A DNA stretch of 63,296 nucleotides, counting the filler, from Octopus bimaculoides (Eukaryota), in assembly GCF_001194135.2 (NCBI RefSeq). It is 5 parts of 5 records of this genome, joined end to end, with 100 filler letters (N's around TTAATTAATTAA, not from the genome) between each part and the next. Parts side by side here need not be neighbours in the genome. Positions count along the whole stretch, not along the records: positions 33,244 to 50,371 come from NC_068998.1; positions 50,472 to 61,486 come from NC_069003.1; 3 more parts are not named here. One strand, 5' to 3'. Made by a program: the position numbers and the translations under genes. Under the pieces are notes generated by a model. It had not been told where the DNA came from. It was given only the letters and a program-made list of their open reading frames with translations, and did no database searches. Shown here piece after piece: positions 38,126-50,929 of this stretch. The stretch's first letter is position 1; every line of letters starts with the position of its first letter.

Positions 38126-38367
38126 TTACATGTCTTTCTGTTTTTGTCTTTTATATGGTGTAAGTAAGACTTCATTATCCAGTGTGATGTTTTTTTCCCA
38201 AGACAGCAGGATATGATTAGAGAGAAAGTTGGTTAATATTTCTAACAGTTCAAACAACTGCAGAGTAACTCTTTTGCTGGTTTGTAGAACAGATGTTGTT
38301 GGGTTGCTATTTGAAGTTTGATTTTTATAATAGATAGCCCCTGTTAGATTTGTTGCCTTCAAACTAC
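38126..38367 (-). CDS. Possible coding exon, product unknown
   Basis: Open frame GSLKATNLTGAIYY...LFELLEILTNFLSNHILLSWEKNITLD... in unique sequence after a weak AG acceptor; no family recognised. Confidence 0.2.
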
Positions 38368-38599
38368 CTTTATAAGCTACAAAATTTCAAATTAGAATAA
38401 ATATGGTACATTATCTGTAGCTTTAGAGAAGAACACCTGCCATATTGTATCACGAAATATTGTAATACAACAGAGAAAAACATAATGTGTGTTTGGATTA
38501 AATTTTACAGTTTGCATAAAAGAAAAAGAAGACAGAATATCCCATCTAAAAATAAATGCATTTTAAAAACAAAAATATTAACTAAATTATGGCTGGAAG

Positions 38600-39310
38600 A
38601 TAACAATTTACTCAAAGTAGCCATCCTCAGCTTCCACTATGGCCTCAAGATGGCTCCAGAACCTGGCACATGCTTTCTTCATTGTGCCCTTGGAAGATCT
38701 TTGAATACCATCTTGATCTTGGCCATCAGTTTGTCATTGGTGGTGCAGAAAGAGTGGTTGGTGTATTTTGCAACCATGGACCACATATAATAGTAAATAA
38801 GATTACAATTGGGGGGATGAGAAGGCCAGTAATTGGCACTGGTGAAGTTGTAGAATTTCTCTGACGAGCACTTCTGACATTTTCCAGAGATATGACGAGG
38901 AGCTGAATCCTCCTGCCACATGTATAGCATTTCAGCAGCAATCCTCTCCAGTCAGGTATTGATCACAATCTTCAGTGGCTACCTTTAGCAGTCTGAATTA
39001 AGCCTAAGGCTGACCATGGCTTTATAGTCTCTGTTGCAGCTGTCCATGTCATGCCTTACTGCCGTTACAGTGTTCATAGAACATTGAGCAGCAATCATTG
39101 TGCTACTATCTTGATACCTGGTGTGAATCATCATGATACAGGTAATTCTTTTCCAATATTCTGATGGCTTCCAGTCCTCCATGTTAGCTAACTTTTTCTC
39201 AACAGTTTTAATCATTTTGCCCTCCAACACCTTTGACTGTTCACCACTGTATCAGGCTGCACTTGAATAAAAGGAGGCATAAAATTTATCAAATTTAGCC
39301 TGAACACTCT
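38600..39310 (-). mobile_element. maT/DD37D-type Tc1/mariner remnant, internally deleted
   Basis: MWQEDSAPRHISGKCQ...YNFTSANYWPSHPPNCNLIYYYMWSMV...KLMAKIK corresponds to WQQDSAP.H / WPP.SPD.NP.DY..W. An ITR-like gtgttcaggctaaatttgat lies near 39310. Confidence 0.75.
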
Positions 39311-39369
39311 GAATTTCTCCCTGTTGTATTAATGACTTACATCTATGCATGAGGATTATTTATTAATGT

Positions 39370-39540
39370 AGGTGTTAGTTGACTCAATGGTTAAGAAGTT
39401 TGCTTCTCAACAACATGGTTTTATGTTTAATCCCATTGTAGGGCACCTTGGGCAAGTGTCTTGTATCACATACAGCACTGGGTTGATTAAAACCTTGTGA
39501 GTGGATTTGGTTGACTGAAACAGAAAGAAGCCTATTGTAT
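39370..39540 (+). mobile_element. CpG-decayed tRNA-headed SINE head
   Basis: ggttaagaagtttgcttctcaacaacatggtt...ggcaccttgggcaagtgtc...ccttgtgagtggatttggttgac matches the 46275 family. Confidence 0.7.
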
Positions 39541-39639
39541 GCATGTATGTATGTATGTATGTATGTATGTATGTACGTGTGTATGTATGTATGTGTGTAT
39601 GTATGTACGTGTGTATGTATGTATGTGTGTATGTATGTA

Positions 39640-39689
<50 letters not shown>

Positions 39690-40303
39690 AGTCTGTGTGC
39701 ATAAATGTGTGTGTGTCTAGGTATTGTCTCCTATCAGCATCAGGCATTTGCAAATGAGTGTCTGTTCTGTACAAAAGTTTGTCCTTTGTTTCCACTCTTC
39801 TGTGCAAATATGAATTGCTATGGGGAAATATTACCTTGCATGAAAAGAGGTGGGAGTTGGTGATGGAAGGGTGTCCAACTATAGGAAATCTGCTTCAACA
39901 AATTGTGTTTGGCCCATGTGAGCATGAAAAAGTGAATGGTAAATTGATGATGATGATAATGATGATGATCATTTTTAAAAAGCAATATTTTTCCTATATC
40001 TGTATAAAATATCATTACTGTATATTTTCTAAACTTTAACTTTTCAAAACATATTTTCTAAAAACTACAAAACCAAATATGATTTTGAATCCATTGTTAT
40101 AGGAAACATATCATTTTCTATAAAATAGAATGCATATAACAGTGTTCAGTTCAAGCTATAACCAGCAGCACAAGAAAGTGAAATGGAATAAATTTTTATC
40201 ATTTGATATTCAATAGCTCAGGATCACAATTATTGGTAATGTATTCTTATCTGTAGTAGACACACATGCACACACACACATACACACACACACACACATG
40301 CAT

Positions 40304-40345
<42 letters not shown>

Positions 40346-40489
40346 TTATACACATCACAACTTGTATAAGAAAACCTATGATTAACTTTAATGTAGTCAA
40401 ACTATAGTTTAACACTTTTTGTTGTAGAACTTTAAACAGATGCAAATACTTATTGTTATTCTCTTCTTACACAAAAATTAAGTTGGTTG

Positions 40490-40722
40490 AAGGCGGCGAG
40501 CTGGCAGAAACGTTAGCACGCCGGGCAAAATGCTTAGCGGTATTTCGTCTACCTCTACGTTCTGAGTTCAAATTCCGCCGAGGTCGACTCTGCCGTTCAT
40601 CCTTTCGGGGTCGATTAAATAAGTACCAGTTACGCACTGGGGTCGGTATAATCGACTTAATCCGTTTGTCTGTCCTTGTTTGTCCCTTCTGTGTGTAGCC
40701 CCTTGTGGGTAGTAAAGAAATA
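40490..40722 (+). mobile_element. Young full-length tRNA-headed SINE with a 21-bp target-site duplication
   Basis: acacaaaaattaagttggttg at 40469-40489 and 40723-40743; CpGs are retained. Confidence 0.92.
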
Positions 40723-41314
40723 ACACAAAAATTAAGTTGGTTGTTTCTGATTTGTTTCATCATAAGACAAATACTAATATATTCCACTGTCCAAGAAGTG
40801 AATTATGTAGGTATTTAAATCACTGCCACCAACAAATTAACAGCATGCAATTTAATCTACCCATTATAGTTGAGTTCTAGTTTGTGGTTGATTTGTCAAT
40901 GAACTATGAAACATATCAAAACAATCTTCCATACTTCAAAAGTTAAAAGCTTAAAAGCTGCCATTTAACTGCTTTCAATTTATCTTAGAAAACCAACTAT
41001 AGTATGCATATATATATATCTGATGAAGGCTACATAACTGGAGCTTCATAGTGACTGACAAACTTTTACCTAATAAAAGTAAAATAAATATGTTACTCTA
41101 CTAAAAATTTTCAAGTGATCCTTCAGTCGAATATTTGACTGTTTTTATATATAACTGTCCATAAAAACAAACATATACAAACATACATACATACATACAT
41201 ACGTACATACATATATATACAGACATACACACACACACACACATACACACACACACACACACATATATATACACATATCCATAAATGTATATGCATATAT
41301 ATATGTATGTATCT

Positions 41315-41352
<38 letters not shown>

Positions 41353-42489
41353 ACATTAACATACACATGTAATGTTGATATATATGTGTGCGTGTATGTA
41401 TCACATTACCTTTTATTGTTATCACCTTTGATAAGAATTATGTAAAACGGATTAAGCATTAATGCACACTGCAATAAAATGAATAGATAAACTGCAATTT
41501 GAATGGAATGCACATATAGGAGAAAGTTGAGTTAATGGGATAGCTGAGAGCTCATCAGAGCATTCATTATAAGTTTCTTTTGATATTCATAGGATGTAAA
41601 GCAACTACTCAATATTTTGCTTAGCTTCTTTGATAAACCTATCAGAAATATGGGCAGAAAGAACTGGGTAGTAGATCTTCAAATATACTCTTTAAGATAT
41701 TATCTGTGATAGATATATACTGATATTTTTTATATCAAATATTTCTCATGTATATGTGTATGCATGTGTATACATGTTTGTGTAGAAATATATGTATACA
41801 TGCATATTTAGACATAGTTATACTTATTAAGATTGGAGAGATAACATAGGTAATGTGTATATGCACAATAACTATGTATGTATGTGGGTGCTTGTATGGT
41901 GATTTAGAAATTCATGTTGCAAACACATACTTTTTGGGTCCAGTCCTACTTTAGGCAACTATCTTTTACTATTACCCTGGGTTACCAATGCCTTGTAAGT
42001 GAATTTAGTGAGAGAAACTGTTCAAGGCCTATGGGTGTGGCTGTTTGTGTGTGTGTCTCTATGTGTGTAAGCATGTGTATATCAGTGAGAATGCTAATAA
42101 TTTATAACTGAAGAAGTTTCCTTTGTCATTTTGCTGTCCAGTAGATCAGTGCTTTTAAAAAGGTAAGGATAAAGGTGGTCAAGAAGGGCCTCTTGCAGTG
42201 AAACAATATTCCATCAATATGCATTCATTTAACCTATGCTGGCATGGAAAAATGGATGTATAAATAAACATAAAATTGCAGTGGCCTCCAGTAAATTTAT
42301 TGCCAGAGAAATATGATGCAACACTGGTTTAACTTATAATTTAATGAAAATTTAATCAAATGTAAATGAAAGTTGGTCTCCATATTTTGTAGACTCTACT
42401 TTAGTAAATATCATGGCTTCACCTTTTTAGGCACTGATTTGATTGATTTATCAATGACAAACTGATCCATGTTTATCGATGTTTATTCA

Positions 42490-42770
42490 CTCTTTGGATA
42501 ATGTTTTTTTTAGCTTTGAAATTTATGTAATTTTCAGTGAATTTGCTTGCAACTTTCTATCAAGACATTCCACAATGTATTCTACTGTATCATGATTGGG
42601 GATTTGTGTGATCCATTTCAGAGATTTGAGTTTCTGAGTTCTATTCCAAGCTTACAGGCATTGCTTATATGGCATAATGCCCCATTGTCAAGAAAAAGAT
42701 TGTTTTTATTATCAATATGATAGACCCTTTATGAGTGTTTGACGAGATCTGGAGGCCATTTAAATGATAT
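42490..42770 (-). mobile_element. Decayed Tc1-like transposase fragment
   Basis: LFLDNGALCHISNA and KSLKWITQIPNHDTVEYIVECLDRKL resemble FQQDNAP.H and L.WP.QSPDLNPIE..W..L.R. Confidence 0.45.
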
Positions 42771-43004
42771 TCACCAGACTTATTTTCTGAACTGCTCATC
42801 AACCAAATTGCCCCCACCATCTCATAACTCAAATTTTAGCTACTCCTTGAAAAGAATCCTGCTCTCATGATTTACTTTGCTTTAAATTAGAAAATTGGCA
42901 AAATTTGCTCTTGTCTGACTAAATTACTGGTGATCAAAACTTATCTTCCTTGTGATAGAAATCTTTAGTTCAATTGAGCCTTTTGGTTTTAGTTTTGAAA
43001 TCAT

Positions 43005-43612
43005 TACTCTTTTACTCTTTTACTTGTTTCAGTCATTTGACTGTGGCCATGCTGGAGCACCACCTTTAGTCGAGGACTTATTCTTTGTAAGCCTAGTACT
43101 TATACTATCGGTCTCTTTTGCCGAACTGCTAATTTATGGGGACATAAACACACCAGCATCGGTCGTCAAGCGATGTTCTGGGACAAACACAGACACACAA
43201 ACATGTACACACACACACACACACACACATATATATTGCCCAACTCTTCGAAATGCCGGTGTTAAAACGGGGGTAGCTGATGAAGAAGAATGTTCTCTAT
43301 GTGGCTTGTGTGTTTTCTCGTCTACGTTTTGTTTGCAATGTCCTGTACGCAGATATGCACCTACACATACAGGTGGATGTCGGTATGCACATACCTGTAC
43401 GTATATATGCATATACTCATTTACTATTTATATATGTATATATATATACATATATACGACAGGCTTCTTTCAGTTTCTGTCTACCACTCACAAGGCTTTG
43501 GCTGGCCTGAGGCTATAGTAGAAAACACTTGCCTAAGGTGCCACACAGTGGGACTGAACCCGGAACCGTGTCATTGGTAAGCAAACTACTTACCACACAG
43601 CCACTCCTACGT
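43005..43612 (-). mobile_element. tRNA-headed SINE interrupted by an internal insertion or microsatellite
   Basis: Head at 43455-43612 and tail at 43005-43230 are reverse complements of 46275-46645. Confidence 0.8.
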
Positions 43613-43926
43613 CTATATTAGTTTATTTCTTGCAATACTTCATTCACATTCAAGGACTTTGAGAATTCTCCTTATGCAATAAAGTGACATAAACATAATA
43701 TTTGCAAACTTTGTAAGAACAGCATGTTGAGGTTTAATAACTTTTGCTAAATTACAATATTTACTCTCTCTCAGACAATTTCTGCAGCTCACCTCATCCT
43801 TTCTTTACTCAGTAATACCTTTATCTATCTATCTATTATCTACCTGCCTACCTACCTACTGACCTACCTACCTACCTACCTACCTACCTACCTACCTACC
43901 TACCTACCTACCTATCTATCTGTCTG

Positions 43927-43986
<60 letters not shown>

Positions 43987-43989
43987 CCC

Positions 43990-44600
43990 TAACCAGCCCC
44001 TCCCCTCCTTCAAACAAGCCTACAACATACGAGACCTCTTGGTCCACAGCTTCTGCCCTAACTCAACCTCCCAACCTGGCTCATTCCCCTACTCCCGCCC
44101 ATGCTGCTGCACTTGCCCTTACCTCTCCAACGCCACCCTCCTCACCAGCATCCATCACTGGCACCCATCATTGACCCTATCATATCACCGACTCCTTCAC
44201 TTGCACTTCTACCAATGTCATCTACTGCATCTCCTGCTCTCTCTGCCTTTTTCTATATATCGGGCAAATGGGACGCCGCTTGGCTGACCGGTTCACGGAA
44301 TACCTCCAAGACATCCGATTTCGCAATGGCACCTCGGTCTCATGCCATTTCCGCTCTACCGGTCACTCTTTGCAACACCTGTCTGCATTCAGATTGTCCT
44401 TGCACAGGGGCCATCCGGATTATCTTCCCGTCTTCCTAGCTCTCCTGTGAAACCCTTCTGTCCAGCATTCGCCATGATAGATTGCTAGCCACTACACATT
44501 CTTTATTTTCTCTCCTTGTTTCTTTCTGTGTTCCTTTCTGTGGAAGTGTGTAGGCTCGAAACGTTAAAGACTTTTCACTTCCCGAGTGTTAAACAATTAT
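43990..44600 (+). mobile_element. Penelope-like element 3' fragment (GIY-YIG endonuclease plus terminal repeat)
   Basis: PSFKQAYNIRDLLVHS...PGSFP...CCTCPY; ITDSFTCTSTNVIYCISCSLC; YIGQMGRRLADRFTEYLQDIR...VSCHFRSTGHS, all across frameshifts. Confidence 0.85.
44534..44569 (+). ncRNA. Degenerate minimal hammerhead motif in the PLE terminal repeat
   Basis: cttt-CTGTGGA-agtgtgtaggctc-GAAA-C-GT-T-aaag: 4-bp stem I and palindromic ACGT stem III. A6 is mutated and stem II is imperfect. Confidence 0.45.
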
Positions 44601-44647
44601 ACATCTGTTTGTTGTCTACAACACCTGTCTTCGTCTTTTGTTTTCTT

Positions 44648-44729
<82 letters not shown>

Positions 44730-44742
44730 ATATATATATATA

Positions 44743-44796
<54 letters not shown>

Positions 44797-44814
44797 CATA
44801 TATATACATATATA

Positions 44815-45830
44815 TATATATATATATCATCGTCATCATCATCATGATCATCATCATTTAACGTCCATTGTCCATGCTGGTTTGATTAGGGCTGGCAAGC
44901 TGGAAGGCTGCACCAGACTCCAGTCTGATTTGGCATAGTTTCTACAGCTGGATGCTCTTCCTAACACCAACCATTACGAGAGTGTAGGGGGTGCTTTTAC
45001 TTTCCACTGGCACAGGTGCCAGTTGCGATACCAGCATCAGCCAAAACTATGATTTCACTTGGCTTGATGGGTCTTCTTAAGTACAGCATATTGCCAAAGG
45101 TCTCAGTCACTAGTCATTGCCTCTGTGAGGCCCAAAGTTTGAAGATCATGCTTCACCACTTCATCTCATGTCTTCTTGAGTCTACCTTTACCACAGGTTC
45201 CCTCCACAGTTAGAGTTCAGCACTTCTTCACACAGCTGTCCTCATCCATAGTGTCACAGGACCATACCAGTGCAGTCGTCTCTCATGCACACCACATCTG
45301 ATGCCTCTTATGCATTACTTTTCTCTTAAGATGCTTAAACTCTGTCGAACATGCACACTGACATTGCACATTCAGCAAAGCATACTGGCTTCATTTCTTT
45401 CAAGCCTACGCATGTCCTCGGCTGTTACAGCCCATGTTTCACTGCCATGTAACATAGCTGTTTCCTCACGTTGCCAGCAGAGGTATGGTCTCTCTGAACT
45501 TTGCCCAGCTTAATCTTATTTTCAAAGCTGCTACTAATTTGGTCACCTAGATAATGGAAGCTATTGACTACCTCTAGCTTACCCAGCTAGTAGTAATTGA
45601 TGGAGTCTATTTTCTGTACACTTTTGGTGTTTATTGTACCTGTGCATCTTCCACATACAAAACATATTTTCCCTGTTAACCTTCCTCTGATATTGCTTAA
45701 CCTTTTATGTATCCAAAGCTTACACTGGGTGCATCTTATGGAGTTTCTACAAACACCTTTTCTACAGATCAAGCAGGCCATCTGCCTGAAGGTGGTTTGG
45801 ATGCTATCTTCTTATGACGTAGCCATGCGG
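44815..45830 (-). mobile_element. RTE-like LINE 3' fragment with a Cys-rich insertion in the RT region
   Basis: CLICRKGVCRNSIRCTQCKLWIHKR..., LEVVDSFHYLGDQIS and AMLHGSETWAVTAEDMRRLERNEASML, with a (CAT)n tail at ~44815-44860. Confidence 0.8.
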
Positions 45831-46274
45831 CTCATGTATGTATATGTATGTGTGTGTGTGTGTGTGTATGCGTATATATATATATATATCTATATATCTA
45901 TATGTATATATGTATAGTTTTAGGGAAAATAACCAATTTTCAAGAACTCATCGATGAAAATCCACTATCACATATAGAAAAATTAATAATTAAAAGCACA
46001 ATAAATGAGTATAATGTAAAGTAAAGTAAATATCATAAGATAAATATAATATAATATATTGAATATATGAAATATNNNNNNNNNNAATAATTAAAAGCAC
46101 AATAAATGAGTATAATGTAAAGTAAAGTAAATATCATAAGATAAATATAATATAATATATTGAATATATGAAATATTGAGTGTTCAATATAAAGGATTAA
46201 ATATATAAAGGCGAATACGTATTTTCTATACCTTGTGGTATTTCATCATGGCCGGTATCTGACAGATAGGCACA

Positions 46275-46645
46275 GCAGTGGCTGTGTGATAAGTTGCTTG
46301 CTTACCAACCACATGGTTCCGGGTTCAGTCCCACTGCATGGCACCTTGGGCAAGTATCTTCTATACCCTCAGGCCGAACAAAGCCTTGTGAGTGGATTTG
46401 GTTGACGGAAACTGAAAGAAGCCCATCGCATATATATATATGTATATGTGTATATGTTTGTGTGTCTGTGTTTTGCCCCCCACCTCTGCTCCAATGTTGG
46501 TGTGTTTACATCCCTGTAACCTAGCAGCTTGGCCAAAGAGACCAAAGTACTAGGCTTACAAAGAATAAGTACTGGGTCGATTTGTTCAACTAAAGGCGGT
46601 GCTCCAGTATGGTCGCAGTCAAATGACTGAAACAAATAAAAGAAT
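46275..46645 (+). mobile_element. Full-length tRNA-headed SINE with an internal microsatellite
   Basis: Head gtggctgtgtgataag...ggttccgggttcagtcccactg and tail ...cagtcaaatgactgaaacaaataaaagaataaaagaat; multiple copies in the window. Confidence 0.85.
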
Positions 46646-46656
46646 AAAAGAATATG

Positions 46657-46707
<51 letters not shown>

Positions 46708-46799
46708 TAATGTAATTGAAACAGTTATTGGATTTTTAAGGTGTGATCTAAAATAAAGACATGATTTTCTTTGTACATATTATTTGTTGTTATACATAA

Positions 46800-47255
46800 A
46801 TGTTTATATATTATAGATGACTGCTTGTTTTTAGCTGCTCAACCTTTTCAAGTATGGTGTCTTCTTCCACAACATATTTCCTTGACCTTAGTTTGTCTTT
46901 GAGGCTGGTGTCACCTTCCTAGAAATGTCTGAACCAGTTTTGTACCATCTATTTGTTAACCATTCCTGGGCTTTCTACATCATTAATTTCTGTTGCTGCT
47001 GCTCCTGCATTCAACCCTTTTTCCACAGGTAGTTTAAAATGGCTCTGTTTTTTAATTCTTTCACCACTTATTATCAAAGCTATAAAATAAAGAATACAAA
47101 ATTAATGTTTATATGTTATATATGAAAATAAAAAATAAACAGTTCACCAACGATTGGACATTTTGTATAAAATCAAGGATATAACATGGAGATAAAAGTT
47201 GTTAAAAATCACCTGTAAAAAACCTGCAAAACATTTTTGACCCAACCTGGTATAG
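46800..47255 (-). mobile_element. Mariner 5' remnant (ITR plus HTH region)
   Basis: ITR-like ccaggttgggtcaaaaatg near 47250. Peptide GLNAGAAATEINDVESPGMVNK*MVQNWFRHF*EGDTSLKDKLRS matches the mariner HTH/WF..F..GD.SL.D..RS motif. Confidence 0.7.
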
Positions 47256-47454
47256 ATGGAAAAGTTTCTAAAAATATATATTTATGCCATAATACATCTT
47301 TATCAACCATTTCATTATGTGTGTGTGTATATATAGAGAGAGAGCAGTCACTTTTCTCCGCTTTTAGTATTCCAGAATATTTTAGCAGGCACTTTTGTGC
47401 TTTATGAAACTGATTATTAACTGAATAGCTCATATCTTGTTATATTAAAAAAAT

Positions 47455-47680
47455 TGTGGAGGAGTATGGTTTAGTGGTTAGGGTGTTGGAATCATGATAA
47501 TAAGATTGTAGTTTCAATTCCTGGACTGGGTGATGCATTGGGATCTTGAGAAAAACATTTCATTTCATGTTGCTCCAATTCAATCAACAGACACATCTGA
47601 GTAATCTTGGGGTGGATGAGTGTCCTGTCCAGGAGAAAAAATACATGCACCACAAAATCTAGGGCACTTGGGAAGGATCT
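47455..47680 (+). mobile_element. CpG-decayed tRNA-headed SINE
   Basis: ggtttagtggttagggtgttgg...gtttcaattcctggactggg matches the reverse complement of 5350-5428. Confidence 0.7.
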
Positions 47681-48235
47681 TTTTCCTATTATCCTATATC
47701 AAAAAATTGAGAACAAATAGGATAATATTGCTGTTGATACTTAGTCTTAATATAATATTGAATATTCATTAATAGTAAACCTTTGATATTAAGTTTGCTC
47801 TCTCAGGAGTGATCTGAGGCTATATAAGAAAAAAAAAAACTTCTTATAAACTGAGGCAGTTACAGCTCCCCAACAATCTTCTTGAAGTCATTATATCGGC
47901 AAGATGTATCTATATCTGTGTTGTCACTGGTATAATATTGTAACTGTAGCATTTTTTTGTCTTTTTAGTAGATACACTGTGATTGAATAAATGTCTATAT
48001 GCTGAAGTATGGTTTTGTCACACAAATATCTGAAATATTTCAATTCAGAATTGCAAATTGCACAACTCAAGAACTATATTCTGTATACTTTAGACATATA
48101 TTATTTGAAGTCCATGAAAATCACTAGTTTTGTCCTGAAATAACTGAAGTTTAAAATTTTTTATCCTATAAATATTGAAGAATAAAGATAAATTCAAACT
48201 ACTTGAGTAGAAAGTGATGATTCTTTTGAAAATTC

Positions 48236-48767
48236 CTACACCTTGATGTTGGTTGTAAAATTTGATTTACTACTTTGAGATAATATTGAGCTTTGATCTA
48301 TTGACAAATGATCTTTCAGAATAAAAGTAATTGTCTTCCATATAAATATTGAAACTAATTTAAAAGACTGATTTTGTTTATTTAATTTTCCTTGTGGAAA
48401 AGAAACAACTGAAAAGAAGATAAGATGGTGGATATGGTTAATTGTTCTGGTGTTGGATTTTGGAATGAGATATATCACTCCAATAGCTACTTGTAGGGTA
48501 ACTATATATAGATGTTGCTTTATTTTTAATATTTCAATTCTATTGGATAACTTATATTTGGTTGTGTCAAGAACATTTTCAACATACATTTTATAGTTTA
48601 AAATGTTATCTCCAGACTGAATAAAATAATAGAGATTCTGTTCAGGAAATTTTGATACAGTGTATGGCAACAACATAAAAATAAGATTCCTGGAACCATC
48701 AATGAAATAACGATCTCTAAGTCCAACTGTATCCCAAGTATGTGTACATAATGTATATGTCATTTGA
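48236..48767 (-). CDS. Probable coding exon or exons of unknown product, possibly of the death-fold gene
   Basis: A 573-bp stop-free frame in very AT-rich unique DNA. The listed ORF starts at TTG right after a stop, but there is an acceptor tttgtAG at 48769-48768 and a second strong acceptor ttttccacaAG near 48395. Confidence 0.35.
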
Positions 48768-50093
48768 CTACAAATGATGATCAAACCAGTAAAACAGAAT
48801 ATTTCCAATTAGTATCTTGTCTCTTCTTTAGCTTTCACTATATACAAATGAGTTGAAGTGTTATTGTCTACATGATAAACCTATTAGAAATTGTAATGGC
48901 GTTTGAATTCAAATAAAAATCAATACTGCTATCTTAGCTTTGTTTAGAAAGTTTGCAGAGGCAACCATTGTTATATTACTAGAATATGTAATCCCTGTGA
49001 TAATCTATTGGCATACGAAGCCATTCCTTGCAGTTTTTTGTCTAGCATATAATCTTACTATTAGCTACTTAGATTTTTTTTGTTAGACTCTTTTCATAGC
49101 AAAAAGAAAGCTTGGATAACTTTTAGATATATAAAATATTATAGATATAGCTAGAGAAAAATAAAAATTTAGTAGACATATAGTGTACTTTTTCTCCTTT
49201 TTGTATTGCTAAATCTGGAGTAATGGACAACGTATATGACTTTGATGCTGTTAAAATTTGGTTGAAACTTTTGTAAGTTAACACCTGCAGAGAAGACACG
49301 AGCAGGGAGAATTGAATATGTTCTGATATATACACTGATATATTACTGGTATTTATTCTATTGACATAAAAGAAATTCCAGTGGTATTTGAAAGCATTGA
49401 GAGAGAGGGGAAGAGGGAGGCAGAGAGTGAAAGAAAGAGAAAGTGAGAGAGAGAGGTTGGGGTGAAACAGTATAATTTTATTGCTAACAAATTGTTATTG
49501 TCCAATTAAGAATAATATTGTTACAAATTTGATTTCTGCAATCCAAAAACTATATTACATTTTCTGGTTTTTTGTTTTTGTATATATTTAGAAAATACTT
49601 TTTTTCTTTTCATTATTTCTATATTTGAAGTTTTTATTCTAGATACTGTCGTTGTTATTCTCTTTCTTCTTCCAATGCTTACTACGTTTCTTCTAGTTTT
49701 ATGCTCTGAGTTCAAATTCTGCAATGATTGACTTTGTCTCTCATCCCTTCAGGATAGATAAAATAAATATCAGTCAAATACTGAAACCATTGTAACTCAC
49801 TAGCCTCCTCCACCAAGATTTAAGGCTGCCTATAGTAGAAAAGATTAACATTATTATTATAATTATTTGGATTCATTTAGATTTGGTCTTATTCCTGGTA
49901 GAAGTTATGTGGGTAGCAGTTTACTACATGTAATTTTAGATATCCACAAGCTTTCAATAATCTTTCAAGTGCTCAAAACATTTCTGATAATCTTCTGTGT
50001 CCTTAAGAAGCCAAATTTCTATACAAGCTCTACATGACCTCTACATGACATTTCATTCCAATCTTCAGCCATTTGTCTATATCATTACCTGCA

Positions 50094-50141
<48 letters not shown>

Positions 50142-50929
50142 TTATGTTTGACTTTTGTTTTGCATTTGTACAAGTTGGATCCAAGTCTCACCCAGAGACC
50201 TCAAGAGACAACAAGTTAGAAGTTCATGTAGGTGTTATGCCTAGGGTACCATATATTTGGATTTGTACAGTTTTGTTCAAGTGAATGTTTAAGAAACCAT
50301 AAGAAAATTATGTTTGCTTTAAAATTTGAGATCACATAGACAGTATTTTACGTAGGATATGGGCAGTTCCCNNNNNNNNNNNNNNNNNNNNNNNNNNNNN
50401 NNNNNNNNNNNNNNNTTAATTAATTAANNNNNNNNNNNNNNNNNNNNNNNNNNNNNNNNNNNNNNNNNNNNGGCTAGTCTGTCATGGCTCAGTGGTTTTG
50501 GAGACTGGTTTTAGAGGTCAGAATGTCTCTGTGCATGTCTCTATGTGTGTGTGTGTGTGTGTATATACATGTTTTTGTGTCTGTGTCTGTGTCTGTGTGC
50601 CGTTTTTGATTGGTCCCAGAGTTTATTGTAGCGTGTGTATATGGGACTGTGTATGTTTTATATTTGGTAGGATGGTGTGTGTACATGTGTGCACGTTTGT
50701 GTATGTGTGTGTGTGATTAGCATTTGTTAGGGTGTTGCGTGTGTGCATGTGTGTATGTGTGCGTCTGTGGGTGCGTGTATGTATGTTTGTGTGTTTTTTG
50801 TTGGTGGGGATGTTATGTGTGTACGTGAGAATGTGTGTGTGTGTGTGTGTGTCTGTATGTATATGTTGTTTTATGTATATATTGTTTTAATTGTCCTTGT
50901 GGTGTGTGTATGAGTAACCGTATGTATGT

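Noticed and set aside
45985-46176. ~90-bp exact direct repeat around an 11-N gap
   Set aside because: Identical sequence on both sides of a tiny gap indicates an unmerged contig overlap.
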